NCBI GenBank assembly: GCA_037379345.1
Contig: CM074511.1
Location: 48,428,862 to 48,492,861, forward strand
Reading direction: 5' to 3'
Source of the DNA: Perna viridis
Taxonomy: Eukaryota
DNA: 64,000 bases
Shown here: positions 52,811 to 64,000 of the stretch, one piece after another
Position numbering within the stretch: position 1 is the first letter of the stretch
Layout of the letters: each line of letters begins with the position of its first letter
Program-made: the position numbers and the translations under genes
Notes under the pieces: model-generated
What the model was told of the DNA's origin: nothing
Database searches by the model: none
What the model saw: the letters and a program-made list of their open reading frames with translations, nothing else

Positions 52811-54668
52811 CCCTAGTGAAAATAAACACTGGAATTCCAGTGGAATTCCATTGGTATACCAGTAGGCAAGTTCACCCAAATTTCTTCAGAATTTCACTGG
52901 AATTCCAGTCAAATTTCCACTGTAATTCAGTTGAATTTTCAGTGAAATCCACTGAAATTCACTGTAATTCGGTTGAAATTCCAGTGAAAATTTGGGTGAA
53001 AATGCCCAGTGGAATTACCACTGGAATTCACTGTCTGTCGAAATTCCAGTGGAATTCAACTGGAGTTCGGTTGAAATTCAAGTGGAATTCTACTGTAAAT
53101 CACTGGTCAGTGTCCTATGGAAGAGTCCAGTGAAACCCATTTTACACTCTTCTGAAATTTATTTGAACTGTAAGATCTCCTGTGGGGGTTCTGGTTGAAT
53201 ATTCTAGTAAATTTGCAGTAATTATCGATCATGTTATTGTCAACAACAAATATTAAAAGGATACACGTGAGAACAGGAAAAAGAATTGATCACTAAAATT
53301 CTTTCGTTGGAAACTGTTAATTCAGTGTTAAAAAGTTAAGTTTCAGCCTATCTGAAAAAAAATGAAAGTACCCACAAAGAATCATATTCAATAAAATGCA
53401 TGATGGTCTGCAAGTTTGTTTACTCTGACTGAGGTTCATTTGATTATATATATAATGCTAGTTACAAAAAAATACAATCTTCAATTAGATTAGATTATAA
53501 AAAGTATATTTTTTTCTAAAATTTTTCACTGATATAACTTAAGGAAAAGTTTACCTTACAATTAAAATGGAAAGGTTAATCTTTCAAGTTGCTTTTGAAG
53601 ACTCCAAGCAAGTTTATTGAAGCTATTTACATATGAATTAAATTAATATCTAAACATTTTATTTAAGTGATTTTTTTCTGCAAATATTTATAATTAAAAG
53701 AATAAATAAATAAAAACAACTTATCTAAATAGTGTATATGCTTGTCCAACTTCTATCCCTTGATATCAGCCATTAACCCTTCAGAGTGCCAAAATTTGAA
53801 TTCAGAAAACTCACATAATAAGTCATTCGTCACATAAAATAATTCCTTCTTATTTCTGAAGAGAATTAATTTACTTATTGTTGTACCTTAGTTGATACAA
53901 TGAAATCATTTCATTTTTGGTGGATGTATTTAAATAAAAGTTCAATAACCAGCAGAAACTTGGTTTTACAATTTTGTTTTTTGTTTTGGTTTTCAATTGT
54001 ATGTATTAATACTCATTTGTCCAGGTTACTTTGTTTATCAAGATAATTAAGTGACCTCCTGGAGATGCAGAAACAACACATCAATTATTTCTGGTCATTT
54101 GACAAGAATAGTTCTATTGATTTTATCAGATAACACAAAGTTGTAAACTTGCTTTGCTATTAAGGAGCATATGGTTTGAATTGACTTTTTATAAGGATCA
54201 TCTATTTATCTAAAAAAACATTATTGTTTTAATATATCAGAAATAAACACTAATTTAATTTCAAATACATTTAATTATGTAACTTGAATTCTCTGTTAAT
54301 ACCAGGTTTTTGTTTATTTATTGAAATGTGAAAACGAAATATAATTACTTTTAAATATCTTTTGTAGATTATTGAAGACATGAATCTCAAACTTTGATTT
54401 ATTATTTCAATAAATTAGGAGAGACAATTGTATGAACTCATTCTGAAATATTTCTTTGAAAAAAAACATGGTTTCTCTAAAATTCCTTTGGAATATTTGT
54501 ATTTCAATGAAATATACTTTTACTCCACTGAAAAACCACTGGAATATTTTTTTTCTACAAATGAATTCCAATGGAATTTCACTGGAAAAGAATCTTTCAC
54601 TGGAATTCCACTGGAAATTTTTATTTCACTGGAATTCCAGTGGAATTCCACTGTCATTTTCAGTGGGG
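52811..54668. mobile_element. ~1.85-kb non-autonomous DNA transposon with CCC termini and arrays of subterminal CACTGGAATTCCAGTG repeats (EnSpm/CACTA-like)
   Basis: Left end ccctagtgaaaataaacactggaattccagtgg versus reverse complement of the right end ccccactgaaaatgacagtggaattccactgg. Repeat arrays at 52811-53160 and 54520-54668; no transposase inside. Confidence 0.7.
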
Positions 54669-57600
54669 AATACAATGTCTGGCATAACAGAGGCAATTCA
54701 AAGTTCTATATTATTTGTCAAGTCCAGATTGGAATTAGTTTTTATGATTTATCTTCAAAATACACAATATATATTTCTAGTCAATATATATACAAACTGG
54801 CATGAACAGCCAAATAAAATCATCAAAACTCTTAAAAAGAATTTTCCCTATACAGTATTTATATTCATAAACACTTAAAAATGCAGTCCACATTATAAGA
54901 AGTTGAGTTAAAAACCTTATCCATGAGAAAAATGAATTTTGAAATAACCTGGAACGTAGCTTATTTTCCGTCATCTGATAGTAAAATGTGTTACTTTTGT
55001 GTCTGTAAAAATAAATCAAGTTCAGGAATAATGTTTATAAAACTGAAATCAAATACAAACAATATAAAATACTTTTAATGTTATTTTTTGTGGTCTATTA
55101 TTTCCCTTTGGTATAAAGTGCCATGCCATAATTTAAAAAATAGGGCATTAGAAAACATTAAGTAACACAGTGCTATAAATGGTGAAAAAATGGCCTAACT
55201 CAAGAAGAGCCTTTTGGATTATGCTGAAAATTGAACTTGAACTGTTTATTTTTATTTTATAGCATTTATCAACTTAACAAAGTTTTAAAAAAAAATCAAT
55301 TAGTTATCACCTGGAAACCAATGAAGGGTGTACATTTTGTGTGGTGGAATATTAAAATTAAAAAAATTACAAAATCAATTTTCTAACTCTTGAAGTAATA
55401 AATAATATTTGCAAGGAGTAATGTCACATATTTTCTGCACAAAAAAAAACAGTACCAAAAACTGTTCTCTTAAATATGTGTTTTTTAAGTTGTGTCAAAA
55501 TCTTTATTTTCCAATCCTTTTAATCTTCATCTAAAGGATTCATACTCTAAAAGTAACTTAAAGAAGAATATTAAACATATACAACACCTTGTATGACATA
55601 CCAGACTTTCAACAATGCAAGTACATCACAGTGTAAAAAGGGAAGTAACTCTAAAAGACCATGAAACCCTTAACACAACAAATCAATGTAATTAAATGCT
55701 GTGGTTTTGCATCTCATGAGTTTTAAAAGCAAATTAAAGAGATAATCTAATCTGCATCACTGCACATACTTCAGTTTGTCTGGATAATGTACACTCAACA
55801 TGCAACATTTCAAGCTTTGTTTCGCATCATTTGTAAGCAATATTCCTGCCAGAAATTCACTTTTATGAATCAAATCTTTTCAAAGTATTTCAGTGAAGTG
55901 GTAAATTAAGACCCTCTAAGGTATAATACAAAAAATCAAAAACAAAGTTGTACATTATAAACATTCTACCATTCAAGAAAATTTTTTACCAAAATTTGCA
56001 ATGTTACGAAATTCAAAAGCAATAAACACTGAGGCTTTATTCCTTGTATTGCACATGGTAGAACTTCTTGGTGATGGATTTGGCTTCCTATTTTGAAAAT
56101 TTTTATTTTGCATTCTTCTTGTATACTATATCTTGGATTAAAATATCCCTATGTATTTGGTTTTAATGGTGATTATGAGAGATTATTCCTTGAAACAGAA
56201 TATGAAAATTTACAATACTAAATAAACAATACTAAGTGGTAAATTTGTATACATGAAGTATGAAGTGTCATATGCTGTAACTACTTTATAAACTCTATCT
56301 GGTGTCTTTCAATCATCCTAGTTTTACTGAAAAGAACTTAAACTTAGATACGATCAAATGGATGTATTACATACCCATTATAAGCATTGGTAGTGAAAAG
56401 TATGTGTTAAAGCAAGATGTATCAACCAAAAGTGTGGTTAAACCTCTTTCAGACAGACAAATTTAGTTTTTATGAGTTCAAAACAAACTGAAACAAATAG
56501 AAGCGATTCAAGAAAATTTCTGGTTTTGACTGGTTCCCATTTTCAAGGGTAATTTTAATCAGGTACCAGAGTAAACAACATCAAAATAAATCTATCACCT
56601 TATTAAGTAAAAGAAAATCAATCAGTGGTATTATGAATAAAATTGCTTCATAGAAATAATGGAATACAGTTAAAAGACAAACCTTAGGATTACACATTGA
56701 TTTCTGGAGATGTAACTAACAGAATGCATTAGAAAAAGACAATTGATTTCCGGAGTTACAACTCATTTTGACTGAATCATATTACAATTGTAGTCAAGAA
56801 TTCTATCACAATTAGACATGATTGATAGTCTAATAAAGAATTGTAGAAAACAGAAACAATCTGAAAGTGAATATGCATGTTTTACAGACTAAATTTAGTT
56901 AAAAAAAAAACATATATACAATATTAAATAATAAAGACAAAAACAATGCCAGGAGTACATGTATCATAACAATACCTAAAGAATTCAATGTACATGTATC
57001 ATAAACTAAACCAATTGTTTTGACTGTAAGTGTACAAAAATGTACAAGTATCATAAACTATACCTATTGAAATCTCTGTAAGCATCCAATATTTTCTGTG
57101 CTCTCTTGCTATCAATCCTTACAGATAGAATATTTCTAGCACATTTTTGTTTTATTTTCACTGTTCCAATACCTCTAGTACTGTCCTTAGACACACCACC
57201 TTTTCTCTCTCTTTTCAAGATGCTCATATTTTCAAAATCATATAGTAACTTAACAGCAAGGGCTAAGCTATTACTCAAAAATGTTCAATTTTCCTGTCAT
57301 GTCAATAGATGTAAGCAAAATTAAATTGGGTTTACTTAATTACAATGACACTGCAATATGAGTGATTCAAACCCCCTAAGCTCAGCAAGAAACAGAATTT
57401 GTAAATTAAAATGATTAAAATTGATTGGCATATATTTTGTTGAATAAGTAATCATAAATATTTTTAAATATATACAAATTACTAATACAGACCACAATTA
57501 AAGTCAACTTCACTGAAAAATTATTCAATATTAGAAAAATCAAAATTACTGAACATAATTAAAAATACAACTTTTTAAATTAAAAAAAAAGATTGAAAAA

Positions 57601-58070
57601 AAACCATGTTGTCTGTCATGAATTCATGCACAATAACAATGGTCTTAATTTCTTTTGTTATTCATTTTTGATGTTACATCATCATGTAAATGTGTTGACC
57701 TGACCATACCACATTCTATGGTCAACCTTTTTAAGTGCCAATGAAACATCAAAAACAAAATATTCAATGCTTATAATTTCATAATATTTCTCTTATTTTA
57801 TGTATACTTAGAAAATAGGCAATAAGAGTAGTCCACTTATCTGTGGGTGTGGCATATATAAATACCTATCAACTCACAAAACATCACATGTAAAACCAAT
57901 TTACCAATAAGGTCAGGGTATTTCAGTGGTATGAACGCTAATTGTAATTATTTTCTGATTAAACAAAATCACAAACAACAAAATAGCAGGAAATAAACTG
58001 GATAAAAAACTTCTTACGAGGAGTGTAATTTAGAGAAGCAACTATATATCAGATAAGGTATAAATCTTAA

Positions 58071-58752
58071 AGCTGCATTAGCTGCCAAATTTGTTCAGTT
58101 CTGATTCTACTGAATTTTGCTGATTCAATGAAATAAGTTTGTAGTAATGCAATTGAAGCAATAAATGCCGATAATACCTACAGAATATTGTGAAAACAAC
58201 GTTTTTTTTAATCAGAGAAGATCAATAGCTTTGATCTAATTATTTTTTGGCATTACGTCCAAGGTTTGCAGACAAGCCATTCACCTGGGTTAAAAAATAA
58301 CAATAATGGATAGACAGGTAAGCATGTGTCTTGTTTTCATATCATTTCATCTAGTAATTGGTTAGTGTTAAGATGAATAATGACCATATTTGTGCCACAT
58401 TATATCACAATACAAAAATTTCAAAAGGAACCTTGCGTTATAACTTTTTTCTTTTACAGCTTGAGTCAGTCGGTCTTCCTTGCCGTTGAATAACCACTTT
58501 CACTTTGCAATCAGATTTGTTATTTAAGATGTACATGCGCAGATTAAGGTCACCAGAAGTCACATGCATACAAATTTAACTTTTCTTGCAAGACAATAAA
58601 TAAATAGACACCTATTTCATGTATTTAATGCATTTTATTTGTTGATATCAAATGAAATTATACAAGAAAAGTACAATTTAGTAGAAATAATTTAAGGTTA
58701 AGGCATATTTCAACAGAAACAAAAATTTACGAAAATGACAGCTAATGCAGCT
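58071..58752. mobile_element. Non-autonomous Kolobok-like DNA transposon
   Basis: ttaa|AGCTGCATTAGCTG ... CAGCTAATGCAGCT|ttaa: 14-bp perfect TIR and TTAA TSD. Confidence 0.8.
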
Positions 58753-59454
58753 TTAAAAGGAGCATTACCATACATTCCTGTGATTTTCAAAAATTTTCAA
58801 TTCTACGTTTCCAAAATTCAAAGTTTACATTTCTAAAATTAATCAAATTACCATTAATTGTGGGTCTTATTTTTGCACCACAGGGGCTTGAATTCATGAA
58901 TTAAATCCACAAAATTGCCAAAAATATTTGGCAATTTTATGGATCTAGCTCTGGAACTCAAACAACTGTGGAATGGAGATCAATACACAAAACTTGTAAA
59001 TCCTAATATTATCACCAGGAGTGGAGATGACTCCATTAGGATTGAACAGAGGAACAGTTTATGACTGTAATTCGTTAGTTCTTATTTTAACATACAACTT
59101 TTTTACATTTCAGTAAATTTATTAAATTGTCATATTCAAGGTGATTTTAGTGCCGACTCAATTTTAATAACTTTTTATTTTAATAAAATAAATATCTTGC
59201 TCAAAAACGTCCTTCAAACACCATATGGAGAGTAATGGGTAAGAGTCATATTTGGCAAGCGGAAGATAGATTGTTTTAGGTTGTCAAACAAACTCCAAGT
59301 AATTTTGCCAGGACTGTTCTTGCCATAAGTAAAATACATATATAAATTAGATCAAAGGTCAAGTTTAAATGTTAATTTGTACCAAAACATCTAGCGTTAC
59401 CATAAAACAATGTAATGTCAAGGATTGGACACATAAGTCATTTTTTTTCTTGAT

Positions 59455-59600
59455 CAGGGGTAAAAAGTAGGAAATTAGCTAGTAGCCCAGACCATATTTG
59501 TGTTTAATATTTTCTATATGTTCAACTAAATTGGGAGCCAAGCTCAAAATCTACCGGTAGTAGCCATGGGCTACTGGGCGACTGCTAATTCTTATCCCTG
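59455..59600. mobile_element. Short CAGGG-ended MITE
   Basis: caggggtaaaaagtag ... ctaattcttatccctg; internal agtagcc / ggctact motifs. Confidence 0.5.
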
Positions 59601-60325
59601 TTGATGACTAAGTTGAAGGTCAAATAAAGTTCAGAATGCTGGGATACACACTTCCAGTCTTTATCACACATGGTAGGTGGTGGTTTATAGAAAGGCAATT
59701 GCCTCAAATCATAGAACTGTTTACAAAAAAAACATTGAAGCTTCTTTGTCAAGTGTGGAGCATTGTATAATGGTATGAGTGATATGCCTTCCCTAACAGC
59801 TTCTGTACACTATTTACTGGTATGTAAATGTTATCCTATTTCTGTCTGTATGAAGGAGCATTTGTTTATCTGATTTATCAGCATAACTATGTCATTATTC
59901 AGTAGAATTATTCATTATCATAACTGTAGCAAATATTTGTCAACTCATTCCTAATCATTAATTATTCACATCATATGGAGTAAGGCAATCAAACTTTCAA
60001 TTATTCTGAAAGTTCTCTGATCAGCCAATAAAACTACACCAGCAAAAAGATATGGAATAGTCTACTGACTACACTATGCCTTCTATCCATTATCAAGTAA
60101 AAATATTTGCACAGTCTAGTGCATATAGGTTTGCTGGTAAAACTTAAAGATTGGTGGAAGTTTGATTCCAGAGATATTAGATGTATAGAACAAATAGAAG
60201 GAATAATGCAAGTTAACCATAGAGTGTTCTGAGAATCTTGAAAAAAGAAAGTCGTACACCATTTAAAGTTAAATTAAAAAATCTCCTTTACAAATTCTAC
60301 CATACTTATATGTGACTTGACTTAC

Positions 60326-60504
60326 CAGCTAGCACTGATGGCTTTCCTATGCTGGTAATAAACTCTGGGTTTACTATTCAATCGAGCACTCAGCAATCTA
60401 CAGTGTTTAAGTAAATCAGACTGCCGGCCTTTCCCAATGCATAGAATATCTTCATCACACCTTAAAATCCTTGTCACTTCAAGATACTTTGATGTGTCAT
60501 ACAT
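60326..60504 (-). CDS. Variable first exon V1 (MYDTSKYLEVTRILRCDEDILCIGKGRQSD...HRKAISAS+C), phase 2
   Basis: ORF 60322-60504 ends at donor CTG|GTAAGT; gaaATG start; 179 nt = 59 codons + 2. Confidence 0.65.
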
Positions 60505-61229
60505 TTCAGATATAAATTTGAGAGTTCTCTATCACATAACTCCTGCACTTCAGTCCACACATAAATATCAAAGATAACTAATATCTTTAAAAATAGACAC
60601 TGTTTTTTTTTAGGTATTTTAAGAAGATTTTTTACTAGTAGCCCAAAGATAATATTCAATGAATAATTTTGTGTTTTTTTTAAACAAGCAGGTAGCTCAA
60701 AATAGATAAATTAAGTGGAAAAAATACTGAGAAGTACAAGCTCTTTGGCATAGAGTTTTTATACCATATGATTAGGGTTCAGGGAATCATAATAAGTTTT
60801 GAACCTTTAAATAATTCACAAACAAATATTTCAATTACGATGTCAGATTTAACTAAAACAATAAGGTAATTTAATTTTAAAAGAGATATGGGTGAAAGAG
60901 TACATTCTGAATGTTACATTTAAAGTTACTGAGATCTTTAAATTGTAGCTTTTAAAAACAGTAACTCAATTTAGGTGTCATGATACAACTTTGACCCAAT
61001 GGAGTCATTTGGATTGTTCACAAGATAAAAACTAACAAGAAAATGTTCCAGTAAGATACTGATGCCTAGCTGGACACATTACAGTCATAACTGGCTTTAA
61101 ATACAATGTTCGTTTCTTTTTTTCTAATAAGTACCATGTGACCCAAGATGAAGAGACACAGACATACATAACAAGTAGAAAGCTTGTCAGTAAGCTTATA
61201 CAAGAAGACTACCCCAGCTTCAAGTTGAT

Positions 61230-61997
61230 TAAAAAGTAATCAAGGGAACCAAGGTTATAGCAGTAATCAAAAGAATGTAATCCAGGGACAAAGACCAGAC
61301 ATGGAAAACAGACATACACAACAAAGAACATTAAGTAACTAAAATCATACATACAAAGTAACAAAAGCAAACAAGTAACTCGGACTCCATTAAGAACTGG
61401 GAGCATGGACCAAGTGCACCAGCAGGGTAAGTGTCCTCTGCTTTTCTAGAAACACTCGCTGAGTTGCTCATAAAAAGTCAAGTCCAGGGTAGACAAACAA
61501 GGAAAGGAAAACTATGACCTGCTGAATAAATTAGTTTTCATGGTGCAGATGGATACACCATAATGATCCATGAGTTCATGATGACGACCATAAAACTTCT
61601 GTAGTGACGACTTCAATCTTGTAGCAACATAACCCTGTTCCAGAAGCATATTTGTTAGAGTTCTAGTGCAATACAAAAAGTCTGCATAGTTTCGGCAAGC
61701 TCTGGCATAATGTATGAGTTGTGATATGAACACTCCACATGCAGGTGCTGAAGGGATGTTGCCACAGATGAACAGAGAGTTGACAATTCTGAATGAAAAG
61801 TCATCACCTTTGTGTTTGGTCAATAATTTTCCTTTACCATTGATTTCTAAGTGTAGGTCAAGATATGAGGCTGACTTCAGTGTCTGTAGTATCCTTTATC
61901 TCAAGTTCTTTGGGGTAGATGCGATGTATCAAATCCCCGAAATTAGGATTATTAAAGATAATACGTCATCTATATAGTGGAAACTGAGATCAAAGGA
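61230..61997 (-). mobile_element. Second, more 5'-truncated copy of the Naiad-type Penelope element
   Basis: Reverse complement matches ~4855-5632 (YIDDV, DDFSFRIVN, RYARACRNYADF, KFYGRHHEL and the 3' UTR). Confidence 0.9.
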
Positions 61998-64000
61998 TCA
62001 AACAATATTAAATCAAGTTTAACCCTAAAACTGGATAACCTCCCCTTACAGTGACTTGACATTGATTATTTTCATTAAAAACACCTAACATTTCCATAAA
62101 AATATTATCAGAATTAAGATGAGTTACACTAACAAGGTTTAATTTAACATGTAAAACCCCTAAATTGGATTATCTCCTTTTCCAGAGTAATGATGATATT
62201 AACCAGAACTGTAGAAATACTAGGAACAAGTAATCTAATCCTACTTTAACCAGCTTAATTCATGTTTTTATCCCTTCTAGGCTTAATACTAAAATCCATT
62301 CAGGCAATGACGACTTAGCTGAATTTCTGTTTAGAAGGTCTCATTAACCACTTCCTGGTCAAATGGCCACCCCTCTATGTAGTACCAAAAACACACTGAA
62401 CCTAGATCTGTGCATTGTAAGTGCATTATTTGCATGTATTCTGGTCAATAGTAGTCAAAATAAGGCTGATAATGTGTACTTTAAAATCATATTTGCAATT
62501 TACTGCAAAATTGTATGAATATTGTTTACATGTAATTTGCCTCCATGCTGTCAGCAGAAAAGGTAAAAATGTGGATTTCAGTATTTTTTGTTCAAGTTAA
62601 TTTTGTGAAGAATTTCTATGATCATCATACCATTAGCATAATGATTTTGAAAGCCTAATTTTCCAAGCATCGTAATGGTATGCAACTTAAAGATGTCATT
62701 TGTCCTAGAAATTAACAGTGAAACTTTGAAAATTACATTTTTAACATGTAAAGCAATGGAAATATTAGAAGTGGTAAGGGAGACCAAAACACTTAAGTTG
62801 GATTATTGCCCCTTGCATAGATCTAACAATATGATGCATGACCTTCCTCTTAAATTTTCCTGAAGTCTGTCAAGTGGTTAAGGAGGAGACATGCTTGCAA
62901 GATGTGTGGACAGAGATATTTTCTATATAACCCCAAAATAAACTTTCTTTGTGGGGGTATAATATAAGTTTATCTAATGTTTTAAGATTGTCTTGGTGGT
63001 AACCAACAAAGACAGATCATGGACATCAAGTGTTGCTCATAATCCTTTTAAGAGATCATGATGTAAGAAAATATCCTAACATAACTAGCTATTTAAGTAT
63101 GATAGCAACTTTTCACACTGAACAGAACCCCATCATGTCTCTGTGTGAACTAGAACAACATATCATTGATTTCAAACATTTAGAAACCACCATAATGAGT
63201 AAAGTTCATTCAACCATACCCTTCTGACATAGAAATTACTTTATCATATGTCTTAAAGTCCAAATGAACTATATTTCTATTACAAGCATTTTAATTTCAA
63301 TTGATTTCAAGGATTCCAATACAATTCATGGTCAGACCAATTCAAAAAAAAAAAAAAAACACCTGAGTCAAGACCACCTATACAATGTAAGATGGTAGTT
63401 TTCTTGTTAGGACTAAAGTCTAATATATGAACAAATAAAACCAAATCATTGAAGCAACATTTTAGATGTCCAATATTTACAGAGCATGTCATTATACTGT
63501 GTCAACATACATATATCTACTTAAATCCCAAAATCTACTCTCAGTAAATAACAGTACTGCACTTCAATGACCATCTAATGGTGTAATCTCAATGCCAACA
63601 ATATTTTCTGAAATTTTATTCCTATATCAAACATAAAAAAGTTTAAATAGTATATATGCATTATATTCATTTCTTTCATAAATATTTGTCAACACAAATA
63701 AAATATCTAATAATGAAAAGTCATTTTTAAGCAATAAATACAAAATTAGCTTTTTGAGAAGATACAATTTGAAAGGTAATAAATTAAGAATAAATTACAG
63801 ATAAATTCAAACCAAAAAGGAAATACCAGTACATAAAAAGGTTTTTGTCATGTTTCCAGTGTATATCCTTGGAGTCCAGTAATGCAATTTATACATAGGC
63901 TTGATGAAGTTTAAGGGTAGAAAATAATGAGTGTCAAAATGAACCCAAAAGGCTTCAACACAGTAACGGTACCCAGACCAAAATTGAAATTAGGACCAAC

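Noticed and set aside
52804-54878. ORFs of 109-140 aa at 52804 and 54428-54878
   Set aside because: Translations of transposon subterminal repeats, not genes.
1-64000. Prokaryotic-type systems (operons, CRISPR, defence islands), rRNA or tRNA genes
   Set aside because: Very low coding density, spliceosomal introns and eukaryotic transposons; no such signatures seen.

Overview
AT-rich, intron-containing eukaryotic DNA. The repeat families (Naiad-type Penelope elements, a Nin/Deu-domain SINE, Kolobok- and EnSpm-like MITEs) suggest a bivalve mollusc (inference). There are three gene signals. (1) The first coding exon of a minus-strand gene running off the left edge (1592-1660). (2) A plus-strand, uninterrupted 162-aa ORF (7608-8096) carrying PP1-docking motifs (KSVQW = RVxF type; KSILK = SILK). 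(3) A large minus-strand gene (>40 kb, probably continuing off the right edge) whose four constant exons (28763-28549, 26146-25994, 21483-21259, 20519-20374) splice in frame and end in a C8orf89-like motif (YTDPVIGAPPSFQQRLMELSALESETIRYE). Upstream of these lie at least nine mostly unrelated ATG-to-donor exons (60504 down to 30318). All end in phase 2, the phase required by the first constant exon. Further ATG-to-donor exons inside the phase-1 introns end in phase 1. This suggests a variable-first-exon / constant-region architecture giving many N-terminal isoforms, the main finding of the window. All splice models were derived by hand from the sequence and need transcript confirmation. The rest is transposon remnants, tandem repeats and intron/intergenic DNA.
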